This document shows, one piece after another, positions 60,559 to 64,000 of a DNA stretch of 64,000 nucleotides. Within the stretch, counting starts at the first letter, position 1. Each line of letters opens with the position of its first letter. The position numbers and the translations under genes were made by a program. Origin of the DNA: Camelus dromedarius (lineage: Eukaryota); NCBI RefSeq assembly GCF_036321535.1, contig NC_087458.1, positions 14,074,001 through 14,138,000 of the forward strand, given 5' to 3'. A model generated the notes under the pieces. The model had not been told where the DNA came from, searched no databases, and saw nothing but the letters and a program-made list of their open reading frames with translations.

Positions 60559-60830
60559 AATATTTAAATCAAAAAATCAGAGAAGGGATATATTAGGAGT
60601 TTGGGATTAACAGATTCACATTACTATATATAAATAGGTTAAAAAAAAAAAAAACCACTAGGACCTCCTGTACAGCACAGGGAACTATATTCAAATTCTT
60701 GTAATAACATATAACAGAAAAGAATCTGAAAAAAATATATATGTATGTGCATGCATAACCGAATCACTTTGCTGTACACCTGAAACTAACATTGTAAATC
60801 AACTACACTTTAATAAAAATTAAAATTTAA
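60559..60830 (+). mobile_element. 5'-truncated L1 3'UTR with perfect TSD
   Basis: GGACCTCCTGTACAGCACAGGGAACTATATTCAA...CATTGTAAATCAACTAC; 11-bp TSD AAAAATCGAAC (60548-60558 / 60831-60841) at a TT/AAAA endonuclease site. Confidence 0.9.
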
Positions 60831-62379
60831 AAAAATCGAACTTGCCTTGAGTCCTGTGTGCCAGTACTGTCATGGGCTCACTCAGGAACACAGACATTAG
60901 CAGACCATCCCCACCCTTCAAATGTCATCGTCTGGTTGCTCCCCAGCCTTCTCTCCACCAGCACCTGTTCCTCCTCCTCTGGGAATTCTTCCTAGATGCA
61001 ACCTCAGTGGTCTCCAGGGAACCCCTCTTTAAGACCCTTCTCTACTGAACACTTCAGGTGCTTCTTAGCCACATGTTGCTTGAGACTTTTGCAACTTCTG
61101 CCACGTGTTCCCACCGCCTCCTCCATCAGACTAAAAACTTCTGAAAGCCAAGACCAAAGCTAAGCTAGGAAAACGAAACGGCTTTTAGCTCTTTAGTTAA
61201 GCATTTGCTGTTTGGGAAGAGAAGAAATTGTCCCCAAGTCAGAAGTGTTTAGGAAGATCTGAATACATGGAAATACCATACTTAAAGATGCCAGCTTAGA
61301 GGTAAGAAAGTTAGGACTGCAGCAGGGACTGGGCCCTCTCTAAGGTCCCCCAGAAGGAACAGAGCCCTCTCTACTGACATTCCCTGTCACTCTGCCTCCC
61401 TCCTGCCACTGGGCCACCTCCCAGCAGCGTGCATGTTTTATTGCTCGGCCAAAGCCCCGTGTTATCCGCCAAGCTATCTCAATTTGAAAAATCTTGCCCT
61501 TGACTCTTGCTTTCATGCAGCCCGCTGCCCTGCTATCTGTCCAGATCACTTCTGCTTTTGGACCCCACACTCCCACCCACCACCCTTCCTTGAACCGGGA
61601 GGGATAACAGCGCCCGTGCCCACCCCGGCATTCCTGCACATCCCAGACATGAAAGCGGGTGGGAGGCACGCGGACTCCTCCCCGATGTCCTTCTTTTTAC
61701 CTTACATCCCTTCCACTTTGATGTCAGGAGAAGATTTGAGAGAAAAGAATCTAACCTGACCTACTACCCTGGAATGCCAAGAAAAACAATTTCCCGGCCG
61801 GCAGAGCTCAGTCGGCAGAGGCTGGACGTGGATGCGCTGGGCAGGGATGGGTCTGTTTTCTGAACTCCTGTTCCACCTCAGGGCTGACCAGCGGGACCTT
61901 TGGCTGGAAGCCCCCAGAGCTCCCCGCTTACTGAGGTTCAAGCTCTTAGCGGGGCTCAGGAAGAGCCCTAGAAACTTCCCTGAAGTAGATTCAAAACCAC
62001 AGAGAATTGTAAGGCTGGGTGGCGGAGTGGAGGGGGCAGGAGTGGGTAGGGCGGGAAGGAGGACCTGCCCTCTTCCCAGGCCGGTACTGAGTGATGCTAA
62101 AATGCCTCTGGGAGACCTCAAGAGTCATCGTGGGGCTCTGCTTTCTCCTGCCCAGACCCCCAGATGCCGTGACTAGCATCTCCCCCCCTCCCATTGCTTA
62201 TGGCAACTATGCCCCTTTGTTCACCAGAGTGGAGTTTGGACGATAAAAGTCAGGGTGGGCTTTGAAAAGGGCTATATTTTGGTGCATCGGAACTTGACCC
62301 TTGCCATGGACAACAGACCCTCCTGGATGTGGCCCTTCATCCCCTCCATCTCCTCCTCTTGCTCACCAGGTCACCAGAT

Positions 62380-63000
62380 CACTGTTACCTGCTTACCTTC
62401 TTGCTACTCTTCAAACAAGCCTGCTCTTCCTGCCTCAGGGCCTTTACACTGGCTGTTGCCTCATCTGCAGGGCATGTGGAACTTAGCACCCCAAGTACGT
62501 GCCAACCTGCACAAAACAAGATGGCTTATAACCTGCCCTGCTTGCAGACCATGCTACTTATACACCCACTCACGCACAGTTTTACACACACTTACACTAA
62601 CACATATACACGCACTTAAACACGTACGCACTTACACAGACACAGCCTCTGAATAGAATTCTTTACCCTATCTTAGCATTCCTGGTGCCTCCTCTCCATT
62701 CACCTCTGTGACCAGTTGTCTCCTTTTCAGAAAAGTCTTTCCTAGCCCCTCTGTCTAGAATAACAATGCCCCTCCCCAACACGAGGTAGACTTCTCTCCC
62801 TTTTTCTTGCACTGTTGTCTTCCTCATGGACTCCACCTAAAATAGAAGTCTCTACCTATGCGTTCCCTTGTTTCTTTTTCTATTCTTTTCTCCGAATATA
62901 AACTCCACGAGAGCAGAGAACTGGTTCACTCACTGCCGAATCCGGAAATCTAGAGCAAAAGCTGACTCACGGCAGGAGCTGAGCATCACATGCATGTGTA
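62380..63000 (+). mobile_element. L2 fragments with a degenerate CA-rich tract (~62560-62640)
   Basis: CCTGCCTCAGGGCCTTTACACTGGCTGTTGCC and TCCACGAGAGCAGAGAACTGGTTCAC are L2 3'-region motifs. Confidence 0.65.
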
Positions 63001-63689
63001 GTCAGTCACGAAAAGAACCGCCAGGAGTGTTTTTGATTCCTAGGGAAGAATTTTATGGAAGCTGAGAAAGTCTCAGTTGCCTAATCTCTCCCCTCTGCCC
63101 CCTGACCTTTTTAAATTTTATTTTAATTCATCAGTGTTTCAGTGGACCTGCTGCCTGAGCAGGTTCTGCAGATCTGGGACGCCCCCCACCCCAATTCCAG
63201 GTTCCCCCAGTGAAAAGGGTGAAGATTCTTGGCTGAAAGAGGAAGTCTTTGCAAGTGACTGCTTGTGGTCTGTAATGTAAACTTACACCCCCAAGTCAAA
63301 AGCGTGTACTGAAGGATGATATATCTTCCGTAAGTCATACCTCAAATTCCACTGTTTACAGAGGAAGTGCTGTTGCTGACAAGCATAAGCCGCTTAGAAA
63401 TATGACAGGAGTTATGAACCCTGCAAGAAGGAACCGTCCTGGAACTGGAAGGCTTGACGATGGAATTTCATTCTGTTTGCACAGACATCTTTGTAACCCG
63501 TTGGAAATGCTTCTCTTCGGCGTCTGACTAGGGGAGAAGCAAATGGCTCAGAAGGGAGGAGAGTTTGTGCAACAGAAAACTGCCCATTGGCAGCTGTGTG
63601 ATGCAGGGAATGAGATCCAGCCTCCGAAGGGAGCCCGGGAACCTGGGCTCTAGTCTCTTCCTGACCCCCGGACAATAATAAGTCCTTAC

Positions 63690-64000
63690 ATGCGGGGTGG
63701 GGACGTGACTAGTGCTCCCCAAGGTTTCAGATTCTCTTCTCCTTCTGAGCGCATGTCCCTCAGAGTTAGATGTGCTTTTGCAGTTTGCTTTGGCCCGTGA
63801 AATGTGATTGGAATGATGTACGTTACTACTGAAGGAGAGCATTTCAGAGCCGGCACGTGATTCCCCGTGTTTCCTCTCCTTGTCCCTGTGAACCCCGAGC
63901 CTCATGTTGAGGTGGTAGCAGCTCGGGTCTCAGAGTGTCCACCGTCAGTTGAGTTCCATCCTCGTCCATCCCTCGGCTGAGCATGTAGTACGTGGGAGGA
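63690..64000 (+). mobile_element. MaLR LTR (MLT1I/J-like), truncated by the window end
   Basis: TTTGCTTTGGCCCGTGAAATGTGA...CATTTCAGAGCCGGCACGTGATT resemble the recalled MLT1 consensus. Confidence 0.7.

Noticed and set aside
41000-64000. 3' exons of the syntenic neighbour RXRG
   Set aside because: No nuclear-receptor peptide appears in any ORF; the gene presumably lies beyond the window.
1-64000. Window-wide TAATTA enrichment as evidence of LMX1A autoregulation
   Set aside because: About two dozen occurrences is close to expectation for this base composition; only local clusters were kept.
1-64000. CRISPR arrays, rRNA, snRNA/snoRNA, processed pseudogenes, intact retroviral or transposase genes
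   Set aside because: None recognised by eye. A divergent ncRNA could be missed without an Infernal/Rfam search.

Overview
Mammalian genomic DNA, probably camelid. This rests on a tRNA-Ala-derived SINE of the Vic-1 type and on seeing no Bov-A/BovB, PRE-1, CanSINE or Alu copies. The window holds the 5' end of LMX1A on the minus strand. There are two candidate non-coding first exons (donors at 39990 and 39707) and the 98-bp start-codon exon 39115-39212 ([26 protein letters not shown]). A 220-N run at 36665-36884 very probably hides the exon encoding LIM domain 1. Positions 1-36.6 kb are inferred to be part of the long intron after that exon, and 41-64 kb is upstream intergenic sequence. The rest is ordinary eutherian repeats (L1, L2, MIR, hAT and Tigger elements, ERVL/MaLR LTRs), a large promoter CpG island and a small orphan CpG island. 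I found no support for a new protein-coding or RNA system; the long ORFs in the track are explained by GC-rich sequence or N runs. The best leads are regulatory or structural: OTX/FOX/LIM-homeodomain motif clusters in the intron, a perfect 12-bp inverted pair of homeodomain sites, a convergent CTCF pair, the orphan CpG island, an in-frame upstream ATG for one alternative first exon, and ten N runs that appear to fall on the most conserved segments. Repeat family names come from recalled consensus sequences, not a database search, and most repeat boundaries are approximate.
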